This document shows positions 50,863 through 64,000 of a stretch of 64,000 nt of DNA, in pieces. Source of the DNA: Eledone cirrhosa (Eukaryota); NCBI GenBank assembly GCA_964016885.1, contig OZ024745.1, forward strand, positions 56,668,001 to 56,732,000. The letters are read 5' to 3'. Position numbers and translations under genes: made by a program. Numbering within the stretch: the first letter of the stretch is position 1; each line of letters opens with the position of its first letter. A model generated the notes under the pieces. That model was not told where the DNA came from and did not search any database. It saw only the letters and a list, made by a program, of their open reading frames with translations.

Positions 50863-51495
50863 TATATATATACATATTAAGGATACTATTTATAGTTATG
50901 TATATTTTAAACTATAAACAGGGGAAAGTGTGTAATTTATTACTACCTTATTCCCAGTAAGATAAATAGCTCAATGTAATAACATCAGTTGTTCTACAGA
51001 GCAGTTATTTTGAATTCACAAGAATCAAAGCTATGTTCAAAGCATTTATTCACTTACAATTGTTATATCCAAACCTAGGCTTGGAGTCTTCGGAGCATTT
51101 TTTCAATGCTTGTACATATAATTGACCTCCTATCCAACGCAAGAGACATACAGATACATATATATATATATATATATTGATGTACAGTGGAGTGACATAT
51201 ATTATACTATACTATATTTGTACAGTAATCCAAATTTAAAATCAAAATTAAAATTAAAATTAAAATACATGCAGCAGATAACACAGATAATGTAAGAGGA
51301 TAGTTTGATGGTCAGATCTAGTAGATAGTGTATGCGTTAGTCACACATGGAGCATGCAAGTGTGTCTCATTTATATACGATTATTGTGTGGCAAGGTGTT
51401 ACATGTAATGCAAGCACTTTAAGCGGGTAAGCAAGAGTATTATGGTGGTTGTAGTGGCAGGGTATTTTTTGTATAGATCAAAAAGTATGTGTGCA

Positions 51496-51559
51496 GAAAA
51501 AGAAAAAGAAAAAGAAAAAGAAAAAGAAAAAGAAAAAGAAAAAGAAAAAGAAAAAGAAA
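51496..51559. repeat. (GAAAAA)n microsatellite
   Basis: Direct reading. Confidence 0.95.
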
Positions 51560-52599
51560 GTTATAGTGTTCGCATCCACCACCATTTTCACATTTATAAA
51601 AAGGAAGATATAGTTTTTACATCCATCACATAAGTTACGATGATTTTGTATTGAATGTTTGATGCATTAAATTATTGTAGCGTATTCAAGCTCAGTGTTA
51701 TTTAATCCATATTTATAGAATAGGTTCTTTCTGCTGCGAGAATTTACAGTGGTTTATTACCTGGAAGTAGGTGTGTAATTAAGGAGAGGTAACTAGCTGA
51801 TTCTCATAACTAGATTCATTGTTCTTACCTACATTATATGGTGCCTCAATTGAGTCCCTTATATAAAAGGTTATATATTTCTATCCAATTTTCAATACAG
51901 TCTACTCTATCATAATGTATTAAAGGTATCTATAGGAAGTTGATTACTCTTTATTGTACAGCGCCATAATTGAATTTCCCACACAAAGTGCCATATCTTT
52001 ATATAAAAATTCACTGTAAATACAGTCTACTCTCAAAATATATCAGAGGACCAATTAGAATTTTGTCTACATAACCCCTGGTGAGCTATGGGGCAGTGTA
52101 TGGCTGTTTGCATGACAAAATCAAATACATCTCTTGGGTAGACAAATATATCTCTCATTTACAATGTCATTAATCTATCCATCAAGTTATACATGCATCT
52201 ATAATTCATATATAATTCATTGCACCACGCTACATATAAGTTAGACATATCCCTTATGTTAATAAATTAATCCTATATATATCTAATGTTATTACTCCAT
52301 ACATTTAATTACAATTGCATATATAATTCACTGCTGTATCTAGTATTTAAAGTTTATATAAACTGTATTATATTTCTATCCCTATATAATTATAAGTAAT
52401 TGAAAGTAATTATATTAAAAATCGGTGTTTATGGGGGTATTTCTAGGGTATAAAGTTATAGATAGATAAGATGAGGGAAGGCTGGATCAGAGAGTGTGGT
52501 GTAGTCGTGTAAGGCATGCCCTTGAGGTGTGGTGTTAGAAGCGGTGATGTGTTCAAGTCTGACATTGTTATATATTGGGTTTAAAGTTTCGGAAGGAAT

Positions 52600-53900
52600 T
52601 TCGGAAGCGTTGCTGGCACGACGCAAACACTTCCGATTTTTTATTAAGGAGGTTAAGGCTCGAAAAGATTATAGAATGGGTCTCTAGTAGACAGAGGTTA
52701 CAGAATATATTAGGTGGTGTGTATGAGGCCGCCTTACCTATCGCTTCCCATTGAATTGTATATAATCTATTTCTAGTTTTCAGATAGTGTATGTAGCTAG
52801 ATAGTGAAGTGGAGTTGGCTAGACTGTGTTTTTTGAAAGAATGGAGATGTGAATTGCATGTGGTTTTGAAACAGTTCGAAGTAGAGCCTACATAGATTTC
52901 AGAAGAGTTGCTAGTTCTGACTGTGCATGAGTAGATGATCTCCTTGATTGAGGAGTTTTTACCTAAAGGGTAGGTTCTATATGATCTACAGTTACAATTA
53001 TTTTGGATTTTAACCTGTCGGTTATTATGTTATTATGTTGTGTAGAAGTCTGGTTACTAGGCATTGCATTATGGCTATGGGGGTTGTCGACACCAGTGAT
53101 ATTGATTTCATTAGTGTTATTACTATTATTACTATTGATATCAGGGTTGCAGATATTACGTTGTTTTGAAAGTTTAACCCCTGCTGTGTTTTAGTTTGTA
53201 AAAGTAAGTATTAATCTTTCTTTTATTGCTACTAACTATGTGGTATACTATGTTAGGCGTGGTAGAGTAGGAGATTTTAATGGTGTTTTCATTTATAAGA
53301 CTATGGTACTTGTGGCCAGATGGGAAGTTTTTATCCAAGAGTGAGAAGAAAGCCTTAGGTAGGTTGGTAGAGACGTTTAGATTGAAAGGGGGGTTGAAAA
53401 ATGTATTAGTTCTTCTTCTATTTTTGTTTTTTATATCTGTTGAGGTGTTTCCGTTTATGGTATTTTGGTGTCTTCCTTGGTGTGAGTTACGTTTGTTGCT
53501 ACCCTTCGTATTAGTGTGTGTGTCGTTATTACTCTTATTACTATTTTTCCTCATGGACATATTGTGAGAAATAATGTTGTAACTATGTGTTTTTTATAGG
53601 TAGGAACTCGATCTCTTTATTATGTCCTGATCTAGCTAATGTCTGATTATAGTATTGTGAGTTTTTGCTAAATATGGTTTCGTCATAAGATAGATTAGAG
53701 ATTCTATTGGATATTCCTTTAGAGATAGAGTTTAATATTGATCTAGAGTGGTTAGACTTGGTATGTACGTGAATTAGTGTTTCGTTAGGTTTATGGAATC
53801 GTGTATATATTTTAGAGTCTAGGTAAAGGGTAGCATCAAGGAAGTTAACGTTTTTAGTGTTTTTGTCTATGGTGATACTTAGGTTATAGTTTTTTAAAGT
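52600..53900 (-). pseudogene. PLE RT thumb, linker and GIY-YIG endonuclease, disrupted
   Basis: By-eye translation: VNFLDATL..HKPNETLIHVHTKSNH..ISNRISNLS; FFNPPFNLNVSTN..FFSLLDKNFP..INENTIKISYS; CNCR..PLG..IIYSC..IYVG..NSTSLSSYIHYLK..IQW..CNLCLLE. Confidence 0.85.
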
Positions 53901-54100
53901 GTTATCTGCCGCATGTATTTTTATTTTAATTTTAATTTTAATTTTAATTTTAATTTTGGTTTTGATTTTAAATTTAAATTGGTGTACACATATAGTATAG
54001 TATAATATAAGTCACTCCACTGTACATCAATATATATATATGTAGCTGTATGTCTCTTGCGTTGGATAGGAGGTCAATTATATGTACAAGCATTGAAAAA

Positions 54101-54147
54101 TGCTCCGAAGACACCAAGCCTATGTTTGGATGAAACAATTATAAGTG
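54101..54147 (+). ncRNA. Minimal type I hammerhead motif with CCGAAGA core variant
   Basis: TGCT-CCGAAGA-CA CCAAGC ctat GTTTGG AT-GAAA-CAATTA-TA-AGTG. Confidence 0.6.
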
Positions 54148-54177
54148 AATAAATGCTTTGAACATAGCTTTGATTCC

Positions 54178-54288
<111 letters not shown>

Positions 54289-54509
54289 CTACTACTACTA
54301 CTACTACACACACACACGCACACACACACACACACACACACATATTTGTTGTGAAAGACTCATTTCTCAGTCTTGGCGCAAAATCAATTTTTTACATGAC
54401 CTCTACCGACCAATCAAAATTGTTTTGACCACAATAATTTTTGCAACACCAAAGTAGCGCTGGAGCCACTTTTTTAAACATAAAAACAGGTAGAATTCCC
54501 AAAACTAAT

Positions 54510-54705
54510 CAGATCAGAGCAAACAACACGGACACTCTATCTCAAAATTATTTTTGAAAAGCATTTAGAAATGCGTAACCGGTAAAAACTTAAAAACTTA
54601 AAACCACAACTGAATACTAACCCATACAATTACTAATACTCTTTTATTCCTAATTAAACTATTTTTCAACTGTGATCAATTTGTCAGCATTTTCTATTCC
54701 GTTTA

Positions 54706-54710
<5 letters not shown>
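54510..54710 (+). repeat. Single-arm copy of the 31601-32001 repeat, ending in (TA)n
   Basis: CACGGACACTCTATCTCAAAATTATTTTTGAAAAGC..CTATTCCGTTTACCAATATA. Confidence 0.9.
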
Positions 54711-54780
<70 letters not shown>

Positions 54781-55335
54781 AGTAGAATAATCGTACTTAG
54801 ATGCGATATAAACTGAATAATTTATAGATTATTGCTCAGTTCTTCATGATTTCAATTATCATTATCGTATTATCTTCTTGGTAATATTATGAAATATTTA
54901 TTACTATTTTGCTATTTGTTCCAGGCTATTATATTATTTATAATATGCAATGATAATTAATTGACAATGTGCATATTTCTTCTCATGCGGAGGAAATTTA
55001 ATCAATCATCACCTTTATGCATTTATAGTCTAATTCTTAAGAACAAACACAAACTGAATTGATGCATGTTTTACGCAACATTAAGGAGTCTCCAAATGTT
55101 ATACATTCAGAAACATATCGCTCTGATGACGATGTTCTCTAATTCTCAACAAATTATAGTATTATTAATAAATGTACATTTGAAATGTAAACAAACTATT
55201 CATCATTTACAATCATAATTCAAACATTGGCATATATCTGCATAATGTATTTAAAAACCGAACAGGAATAACAAGAAAAACGACACAGCATATTGGAAAT
55301 ATATACTAGTTTAACACTTGAAATAGCAGGAAAGA

Positions 55336-55371
55336 GTCATAAAGTTTCGGACATAGTCCTTCATCGGAAGA
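55336..55371 (-). ncRNA. Degenerate minimal hammerhead motif
   Basis: Reverse complement TCTT-CCGATGA-A GGAC tat GTCC-GAAA-CTT-TA-TGAC; family of 9462-9497. Confidence 0.45.
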
Positions 55372-55465
55372 TATAGCTAGAAATAAAAGATAAAATAAAA
55401 ATATGAAGAGTGAGAAAAGGAAGGAACCGGGGGAAAATCACACATGAGAATTCGGTCAGCCATTT

Positions 55466-55506
<41 letters not shown>

Positions 55507-55719
55507 GTGTGTGTGTGTGTGGTTGACGGCTGAGGGAAAAGAGTTCTTAATACCACCGAATAAGTGTTCGTCCTAATGTCTGACTTCCACTAGATGTAGA
55601 ATTGAAACAGAGTTTTGTACTAAGCCGTTTATCTACTAATTAGCGTAAAGTTAACATTCCGGATTGCAAATTCGGATTAAAAGCAAGCAATCATTAAGTG
55701 TGTAGATAGCGGCCGGGAT

Positions 55720-55783
<64 letters not shown>

Positions 55784-57365
55784 CATAGGTCAGCAGAAAA
55801 ACTAAATTCAATAAAGAAGACATAATTGGTAGAATTTATGTAATGCTGAAACGGCATAAATTACGATTCTGATACTCATATTTTACGGTATTAATCCCCA
55901 ATATCAATATATCGAATTTAAACACAAGTTCGTTTGAAAAAATATATCAGTAAAGAATCCAAAACATAAATACTATGCACTAAATGTAAATATTATATAA
56001 CATTTGAATGACACGCGTTGTATATCGACAGCAGATACTTCAAAAGGCATTATCTGAAAGATAAACCATTTGAAATATACTGAAAAGCCATGATATGCTT
56101 ATGAGAATATTGGGGCTTCATGGCGTGTAAAGGTTTTACATAATGCAGTCAAACATTTACATACAAGTCGTTTTGAAGTAATGCACAAATAAACTGGAAG
56201 ATCAGGTAGCATGAATCTGGAGAAAGATATAGAAAAACTATTGTACGGCATCACCACATGACACATAATTAATGAATAACTCTCCTAACTCATACAAAAC
56301 ACACAACACCCAACAAAATAACTTAACTGACATATCATATATTCTATACAACAAAATCGTAAAATATTTAAGTGAGACATGGTCATAACAGATGTAGCAT
56401 CATAACCCTGTTACTGACGACGAGATGGTGATGATAAGATGATAATAACAGCGTTGTGATAAGCATAATTATGTGGAGGAGGTGGCAATTGTTGATAGTG
56501 GTGATGATCAAGACGACGATCATAAAAAAAACATTTATGAAAGAACAAAAACTGTTTTGTGTATGTTAAAAGTACTCCAATCGTGTTGTAAGGAATATAT
56601 CTTCGTTAGAAACAAACAGTACCTCAAAACAAACATTGATGACTTCTATATTTAACATCATATTTAAAACTAATGAGAACATCATCTCTTTACTCATTTG
56701 CCGAGAGCAATATTGAAATAAAAGCAGTAATTCAATTTATTGTAAGTTGTAAATCATATGTCATTTTCCATGCAATTCCTGTAATTAAAGATCTATGCTG
56801 GATATAGAGCATATTTTCGGCTAGAACAACTTTGGATTTCCTTATCATGAAGTCAATTAGATTTTCAGCAATAATAAAAAATATTTCAAATGAATCCAAT
56901 CTAGTCTTATCCTTCCACGTAATGACATTTCTTAATTCCAATATCGATTTTTTTCTCAATGCCATAAACATAATAAATATAGGGCAAATTGAGTACTTAT
57001 CTATATGACTGACTAAATAAAAAAGGGCTATCCTGCGTTAAAAATAAATAGTATTTTTTTTACTTTTATCCTCCATCTTTCTATTTATTCTTTATCTCTA
57101 ATACTATCATTTGATAGAAGGTTCAACATTCAAAAGACTAAGACTAATTTTCTATTACAGGAAACGTTAAACTAATAGATATATAATCATTTTACTGAAT
57201 TGTGTCCCAAAAGTATTTTCCCTCTTGATGTTCCGCGTACACACACGCAAATAAAACACACACACACACTCACACAAACACACGCACACACACCATACTC
57301 TCACACACACACACAAAACACACTCACACACACCCACACACACATATATATATATATACAAACAT

Positions 57366-57431
<66 letters not shown>

Positions 57432-57603
57432 GATATAGATATCCCAGTAGGTACTAGGTACCCACGGAAATATATATGGTATTTATAATAGTGGTTGTTC
57501 TATGGTACTAATTTAGATACCACTTCTAGAAGAGGTAAATATTTAAATCGTATTTAATTTATTAGATAGATTGTTTAATGTTTACTTGTTCCACTCATAT
57601 ATA

Positions 57604-57792
57604 CATGAGTTGGTGAAAAGTTCGTAAGCTGACTATGAAGAATTGATGCTATAGCTGTGAAATCATGCAGGTATTAATTTCAACTCTTCTTAATAATAAC
57701 TTCATTGTTTTTTTTCCGGGGTAAACTAAATATCATTTGCTCAGTTCATTCGAATATATTTGTCAGCCTATGAACTTTTAAACCGTCCCTCG
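57604..57792 (+). mobile_element. Internally deleted mariner / MITE with TIRs and TA flanks
   Basis: Left ..GAAAAGTTCGTAAGCTGAC, right GTCAGCCTATGAACTTTT..CCTCG|TA. Confidence 0.7.
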
Positions 57793-58061
57793 TATATGAT
57801 CATAAGACTAGTATATCACTGTGAACAGTATTTTAGAAAATCTTGTAAAGTGCGCCTGGAGACGGTGAAAGTGTGAATCAAAACATCTCATGAGAGGGTT
57901 GGATACTAACAAAAACACTTTGACCACCAATACCGCTTTTAAAAATATAAATGGAATTGTAAACAAAACGGTTGGAAAATTTGAAATTTGCAATGTGTGC
58001 ATCTCAATGCAAATGCCGATAACAATAGTCAACCATAGATCTAATAATCACTGAAATATGT

Positions 58062-58160
58062 TTGGCACAAGGCCAGCAATTAATCAGTGCATTACTGGTA
58101 CTTTATTTTATCGACCCCGTAAGGATGAAAGGCAAAATTAACATCGGCGGGATTTGAACA
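58062..58160 (-). mobile_element. tRNA-derived SINE, partial
   Basis: Reverse complement of the SINE body. Confidence 0.8.
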
Positions 58161-59007
58161 TAAATAATACCCATACACCTTTAGCATTTGTAAATCACGC
58201 GCTAACACACGTCGTACTGAATAAATACGCAACATCATATATGGTAACATGGTGAAAGCTGCACCACTACTATTACACCTGCATACAAGAAAGAACGCAT
58301 CCTAACGTGAAATACGAAAATGCCCGAAAAAGTGTTTTTAGACTAATGTTATATTAACTCTTCATAATTAAACCTTAATATTTACACCATCATACACAAG
58401 GAAAACAAACCCAAACACCATACACCCACAATACAAATAGAACACCTCATACTGAATAATTCGAGACAACAAAGACGCCGGAAATCATCTACGTTAGACG
58501 TAGTTCGACTTGTTTTACATAGCCAAAACCAGTCAAATAATAATACGAGTAATCCACGATCCATCATCTAGAACAAACACAGAGACACTGACCTCAAGAG
58601 AAGGCGACACAAACACATTAGAACACCGACACCTGAAGCATTCCAGACCCATATAATACAATATTGATTAGTGTCACTCAAACGAACACAAACATACCCT
58701 CCAGTCTGTTTTCCATAAAAATCAAACATTTTAACTATATCAATGCAATGACTTTCAGTTCCTAGGCAACACTAACCTCATGGAATTTTTAACCTCCATT
58801 CTTACTCTTCTGATTTTTACTCTGGTTTCATTGACATTTTTCGTTCAACTTCTACAGCATTCAGCCTCAACCTGTCAGTCAAGATATAATTCAACCCAAG
58901 GCGATAAGTTAACAGAAACAATTTGATTAATTTACAATTTCGCCATCGAAATGGTTTAATCTTGAGCATAGGGAATGTCTAACTTATAATAGTAAGGGTA
59001 ATAATAA

Positions 59008-59197
59008 TAATTGTTTCTACTTTTGGCACAAGGCCATCAATTAACCAGTACATTAATGGTACTTTATTTTATCGACCCCGTAAGGATGAAAGGCAAAGTT
59101 GACCTCGTCGGGATTTGAACTCAGAATGGAAAGGGCCGTAACTCTATGCGTCAAAACATGACGTCCGACCCTCTACCGATACTGCCAATCCACCGCA
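59008..59197 (-). mobile_element. tRNA-derived SINE, full length
   Basis: Reverse complement of 7325-7514; flanked by (AAT)n. Confidence 0.88.
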
Positions 59198-59211
59198 ATA
59201 ATAATAATGAT

Positions 59212-59771
59212 ATCTTTATTATTGGTCAAAAGGGCCGAACATAGGGGACATTACAATGACGGGGACAGTGGGGGGGGGGGGGTTTACAATAATATCAAGT
59301 TAAAAAATAACAAAATATTACAAAGAATATCAACAACATAATTACCCGATAGGAGGGGGTCATATCACCCAGGGCTGACGTTAGGAACCTTAGAAATCCT
59401 AACCTAGCCACATCTCCAAGAGCACCCTAGGATGGAGCCCCTCTGTCCCTCCGTCTTTCAATCCGACAGGCGCAAGTTCAGCGTGGGCCCATTAGTGCGG
59501 ACCATCCTCGCAACAATCACCCGCCGTTTAAAAAATGTTCTGGGGCAGTATTTCGCTTTCCAACTTCATCTTCCTTTCCAAGTGGAACTTGAAAAAGTTG
59601 ACGAAGGCTTGGCCGAAGAGGAAAATGTCTGTCTTCAGACCTTTCAGTCGCGTCCATCACACTTCTTTCGCTACATGACTCCATCAGTCAGCAATACACG
59701 GGTACTGGAAATTGTCCATAGTCCCCGACTCTAAAGACCTCCGGTAAAGACTGTCGAGCCGGGGACGCTGG

Positions 59772-59772
<1 letters not shown>
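59212..59772 (-). mobile_element. Older Tx1 3'-end fragment with internal deletions
   Basis: Minus strand GTMDNFQ..WTRLKGLKTDIFLFGQAFVNFFKFHLERKM..ARMVRTNGPTLNL. Confidence 0.7.
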
Positions 59773-59820
<48 letters not shown>

Positions 59821-59821
<1 letters not shown>

Positions 59822-62643
59822 GGCTTTCTTTATTAACCACAAGGGTTTACATAAAGTAATCATTAAGAACAGTACAGGACAATGCAGGACGGTACAAATG
59901 GGCATTTCTGCGTGTAAAAAACAAAAACAGAGGATGTAACAAAAAAATAACAATAGAAAATTCCCCAATAGGTGGGGGGGGGGGGGGGGAGAATACCGAG
60001 GGACATTCGTGGAGGAGAAAGCCCATTAAAAAGCCAGTGACCCTGACAACCAGAGCAAGTGCCTGTTTCCCGGTTATCCACCTTTAATTTACAGACACAT
60101 ACTTAGAGTAGGCCCATTCACTCGGGCCATTCTTGCCTCTCTCACTCATCTTTCAACAAAATACTGGGAAGAGAGCACGTCCCTCTCTACCCTGATTTTC
60201 CTTTTCAAATGAAATTTGAAAAAGTTAATCAGCGCATCACCGAAGAGGTAAGTGCTCGTCTTCAGCCTTTTCAAACGTGTCCACCAAACTATCTCTTTCG
60301 CGATGGCCACCAGGCAGATAAAAATTGCCTGCCCTTCCCGGTTATAGGAAGCGGGCGGGGCAATCCTCACGATGGACTCAGCTGAAAGCTGGATCCGTCC
60401 TACACGCGACAGCAGGTGTTCGACATAAACCCACAAGTTAGCAATGGTCGGACACTGGACGAGTGCGTGCAGGACGGTTTCGTCGCCCTGCGCGCATCTC
60501 GGACATGACCGGCTGACGGCACCCCCATGCCTGTAGAGTTTATCCCGAACTGGCAAAGCTTCTCGGTAGTACTGCCAGGCCAGGGATTTCTGGAAGTTGT
60601 CCATAGGCCCCGGCCCGAAAGTTCTTCCGAAGAGATTGGCTAGTTGATTTTCGTCGACGCCTAGAGTATCCCCAAGTACATCGTCGCTCTTCCCCTCCAC
60701 TAATCCTCTATAGAACGCCAAGATGGAGTTTCCACCGATCACATTGCCCGAGTGGTCGAGGGCTGTGAGCGCCTGAAGTCATTCCAGTCTCGAAGCGCTC
60801 CCTCTCGGTCTTCAAATGACCCAGTACTGGAGCTCCGTCAAGGAGACGAGCTGGTGTAAGACGCGTCTAGCAAACGGCGACTACACCTGATCACCGTCGA
60901 GGAAGAGGTGGAGATGTCATAGCCTGAGCGCGTGTCTGCGCTTCATCAGCCACGGCATGCCCAGACCTCCACGTAGCGGGTGTTGACAGCAGATAGAACG
61001 CCTGACTATTGAAGCGCGTCCCTTCCACAAAAAGCGAAAGAGCAAACGCTCCAGTGCAGTCAGGCAAGGCCTAGGACAAGCCACGACGGTCAGGCGGTAG
61101 TAGATGATGGACGCGATGTTCGCGTTAGCCACCTCCGGTGAACCTTTCAGGGATAGCTTCCTCTCCGCCCATTTCTGGGTAAGAGAAGCCACCCTGCTCG
61201 TCACCTCGTCCCTGTTTTTTCCGTCTAGAGGTCCGGACCGAACTAAACCCCTAGCAATTTAACCGGTCCGTCCGTCCAGCGCCCGACGACACTGTTGGAC
61301 GGCATGGACATGCCTCTGCAGGTGCCGAGCTGCAGGCCCACTAACTCTTCCTGGTTGATCATTGCTCCTGTCACCGCTTCGTATTATCTTAGTGTAGTGC
61401 CGATCGCCTCGATGTGTTTGGCGTTCGACACCACTACGGTGACGTCCGCATGTTCAGACAAGGATCTTCCGCATTCTAGTTCGCGTGGGACCCCCCTCAA
61501 CATCTCCAGTTTGTGCAGTAATGGCTCGATAGTCAATACGTACAAGAAGGACGAGAGGGGAAATCCTGTGCGGACCGAGCGCATGATGTTGAACGGTTCC
61601 GAAAGGTGACCGTTCACTCTCACTACAGAGCAGATGTCGCTGTGCATGGCAACGATCCAGCCTCTGAAGATGGGCCCAAAGCCAGCCGCCCTCAGGACTG
61701 CCGCTAGGTAACGATGGTCGACCCTATCGAAAGCTTTCGACTGATCTAAATTGATCAAGGACCCACCTGCGCCTCTCCCACCAGACCACCAGCGACAAGC
61801 GCCAACCTCTTTGCTAGCACCTTGGCCAAAATCTTTAACTCTGTGCTTAGCAGAGTTATGGGCCTGAAATTATATATGTTATCCCACTTGTTCGGATTCT
61901 CTCTCAGCAGCGCCACCGCTCCTCGGCTCACAGAACTAGGAATTCTCCCGTTCTGTTGCCAGTTGCAGTAGACGTCCGCCAAGAGGCCTCCGAAAAAGAC
62001 AGGCATCTGTACCTAAAGTTCATAGGTCAGAACATCCAAACCAAACGATTTACCCATTATGCAGCCAGTCATTGCCTCCCGTACTTCAGTGGCTGTTATC
62101 GGCTTTTCCCAACACTCCGCCTCAGTGGCCGAGAGCCGCGGCAGTCCGTCGAGGTAGACACTAAAGTTCATCCCTCGATCCCGCCCGCCGCTGTCCCCGA
62201 ACAGCTGAGCGAAGTGTCGCTGAAAAGCTTCGTACATTTTCCCGGGATCGAGTAGCATGCGCCCGTCGTGGTCCACCAAAGACCGGATCATGGCTTTGTT
62301 GCCACGACGCGCCTCAGCCACTCGGGCCCATTGAACGGCTTTCGTCCCCTCGTGTCTGAGAGCACACACCCTACCTCTGACAACGTACCCTTCGTGCTTT
62401 GCATTGAAGAATTGGTCAAGGGCCAATTTCGCCGCAAGTACGTCGGTCGCGATGCCTTTGCTAAGCGCCTCATCTAATTTTCTAACTAGTTCTCCCTCTA
62501 CTCTCTTTTTCTCTATAGCTAAAGCCTTACTAAATCTAATGGACTCTATTCTAATCGCTCCTTTCAGAGCAAACCACCACTTGTTGTGATGATGGCCCCC
62601 GTCAACGGCCGCTTAACTAGTTCGCTAATCCGGTCTCTGTAGC
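59821..62643 (-). mobile_element. 5'-truncated Tx1-clade LINE (RT, C-terminal zinc finger, 3' UTR)
   Basis: FRPITLL, INLDQSKAFDRVDH, HADVTV, CPRC..ETVLHALVQC; 3' end AATAAAGAAAGCC followed by (ATT)n at 59773-59820. Confidence 0.9.
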
Positions 62644-63395
62644 TATGTCAGATACCCCTTAGTAACCATCTAGCAACATGTGGTCAGAAAATATTTATAA
62701 TATTTCTATTCTACAAACTACACAGCCCAAGTGAAATCAAGAGAAAAATTAAAGAAAATAATTTTATTGATAAATCCACCCAAGCTAAATGAACAATAAT
62801 AATGGTTAGGGGTACTACTCCTACTATGACTACGCCTACGACCATGTCGACTACCACCACTAACAACAACAACAACAACAAGAGTAATAATAAAAGTGAT
62901 GTTGATGGTGATGATTACTGAAGATTTTTAATAAAAACCCTAGAATGGTATTTTCATCATTTCTAAGAATAGCAAAACAATTGATGCTTTGGATAGGGTC
63001 AAATAAAAGTCGTTATACATGCTCAACCACCCATGACGCCTAAACCAATCAGCTTTTGTAATCCAGTGAAACTACACACCGATTGGTCGAAATACAGTAG
63101 CCGCTTTTTACGGTATATAAGGCACAAACTTTACCCATCTCATTACAGTTAAAAATTGCAAACTTGACTGTCATGTAAAAGCATGAAAGTACTTGTTAAA
63201 TTAACACTTAATATTTAATATTCTACCATACTATTTCATTATAATATAATTATAATTTTAAAGGATTGTAAATAAAACGAGTAAATCAAACAAAGTTGGA
63301 ATTCCGTTTATTAATATAATCTTCTACACACAATCCTACACACCTGTGTAAATTTATTTATATATATATCTATATATATATGTATATATGTATAT

Positions 63396-63440
<45 letters not shown>

Positions 63441-63787
63441 CATACAAATATACATATACACACATATATAGAAACTCACACCACATACATATATATATAA
63501 ATATATACATACACACATACATATACACAAATAAAGACACACACATATATATAAATAAACACATATATATATATATATATGTATGTGTGAATGTGTCTAT
63601 TTATGTGTATGTATATGTGTATTTACATCTATATATATATATATATACCCATATACATACATACATACATACACATACATACACACATACACACATACAC
63701 ACATACACACATATATATATGAATAAAAAAATATATATATACATATATACACACACACATATACATATACATACACATAAATACATA

Positions 63788-63957
63788 CATGGTGGCTGCC
63801 AACCCGTTTTCGAGTACGGCCACTACTTTATATCCATGTAGGGGAATCCCTACCGATGCGCTGAACGAGTGTGACTTTTTAGTCCAGCCAGCGACTTGAA
63901 AACTCTGGTACAAACACTACACTTGTGACAATTATTGACACATAGTGCTGGGCCCAT
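63788..63957 (-). repeat. Second copy of the 42378-42548 repeat
   Basis: Reverse-complement match. Confidence 0.85.
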
Positions 63958-64000
63958 ACATACAGACACACATACATCTAAGTCAAACACACAGATCACG

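Overview
AT-rich, microsatellite-dense animal DNA, intergenic or intronic. The SINE family and repeat landscape resemble a coleoid cephalopod such as octopus (inference only). No host protein-coding exon is recognisable, and most long ORF-track entries are microsatellite read-throughs. The window contains several decayed L1/Tx1-clade LINEs and one R4/Dong-like LINE, all at microsatellites. It also holds tRNA-derived SINEs, RTE and mariner relics, and many Penelope-like element (PLE) pieces: GIY-YIG and RT remnants plus (TA)n-flanked inverted pseudo-LTRs carrying minimal type I hammerhead ribozyme motifs. The most striking signal is a dispersed repeat family with copies near 12.0, 12.55, 27.9 and 38.3 kb. 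It carries all three hammerhead core strands in a non-circularly permuted order (NUH strand, then GAAA strand, then CUGANGA strand), with compensatory changes in stems I and III and a kink-turn-like motif extending stem III. Two copies sit in a ~526-529 bp tandem unit, an arrangement resembling a retrozyme. All RNA folds were derived by eye and are untested.
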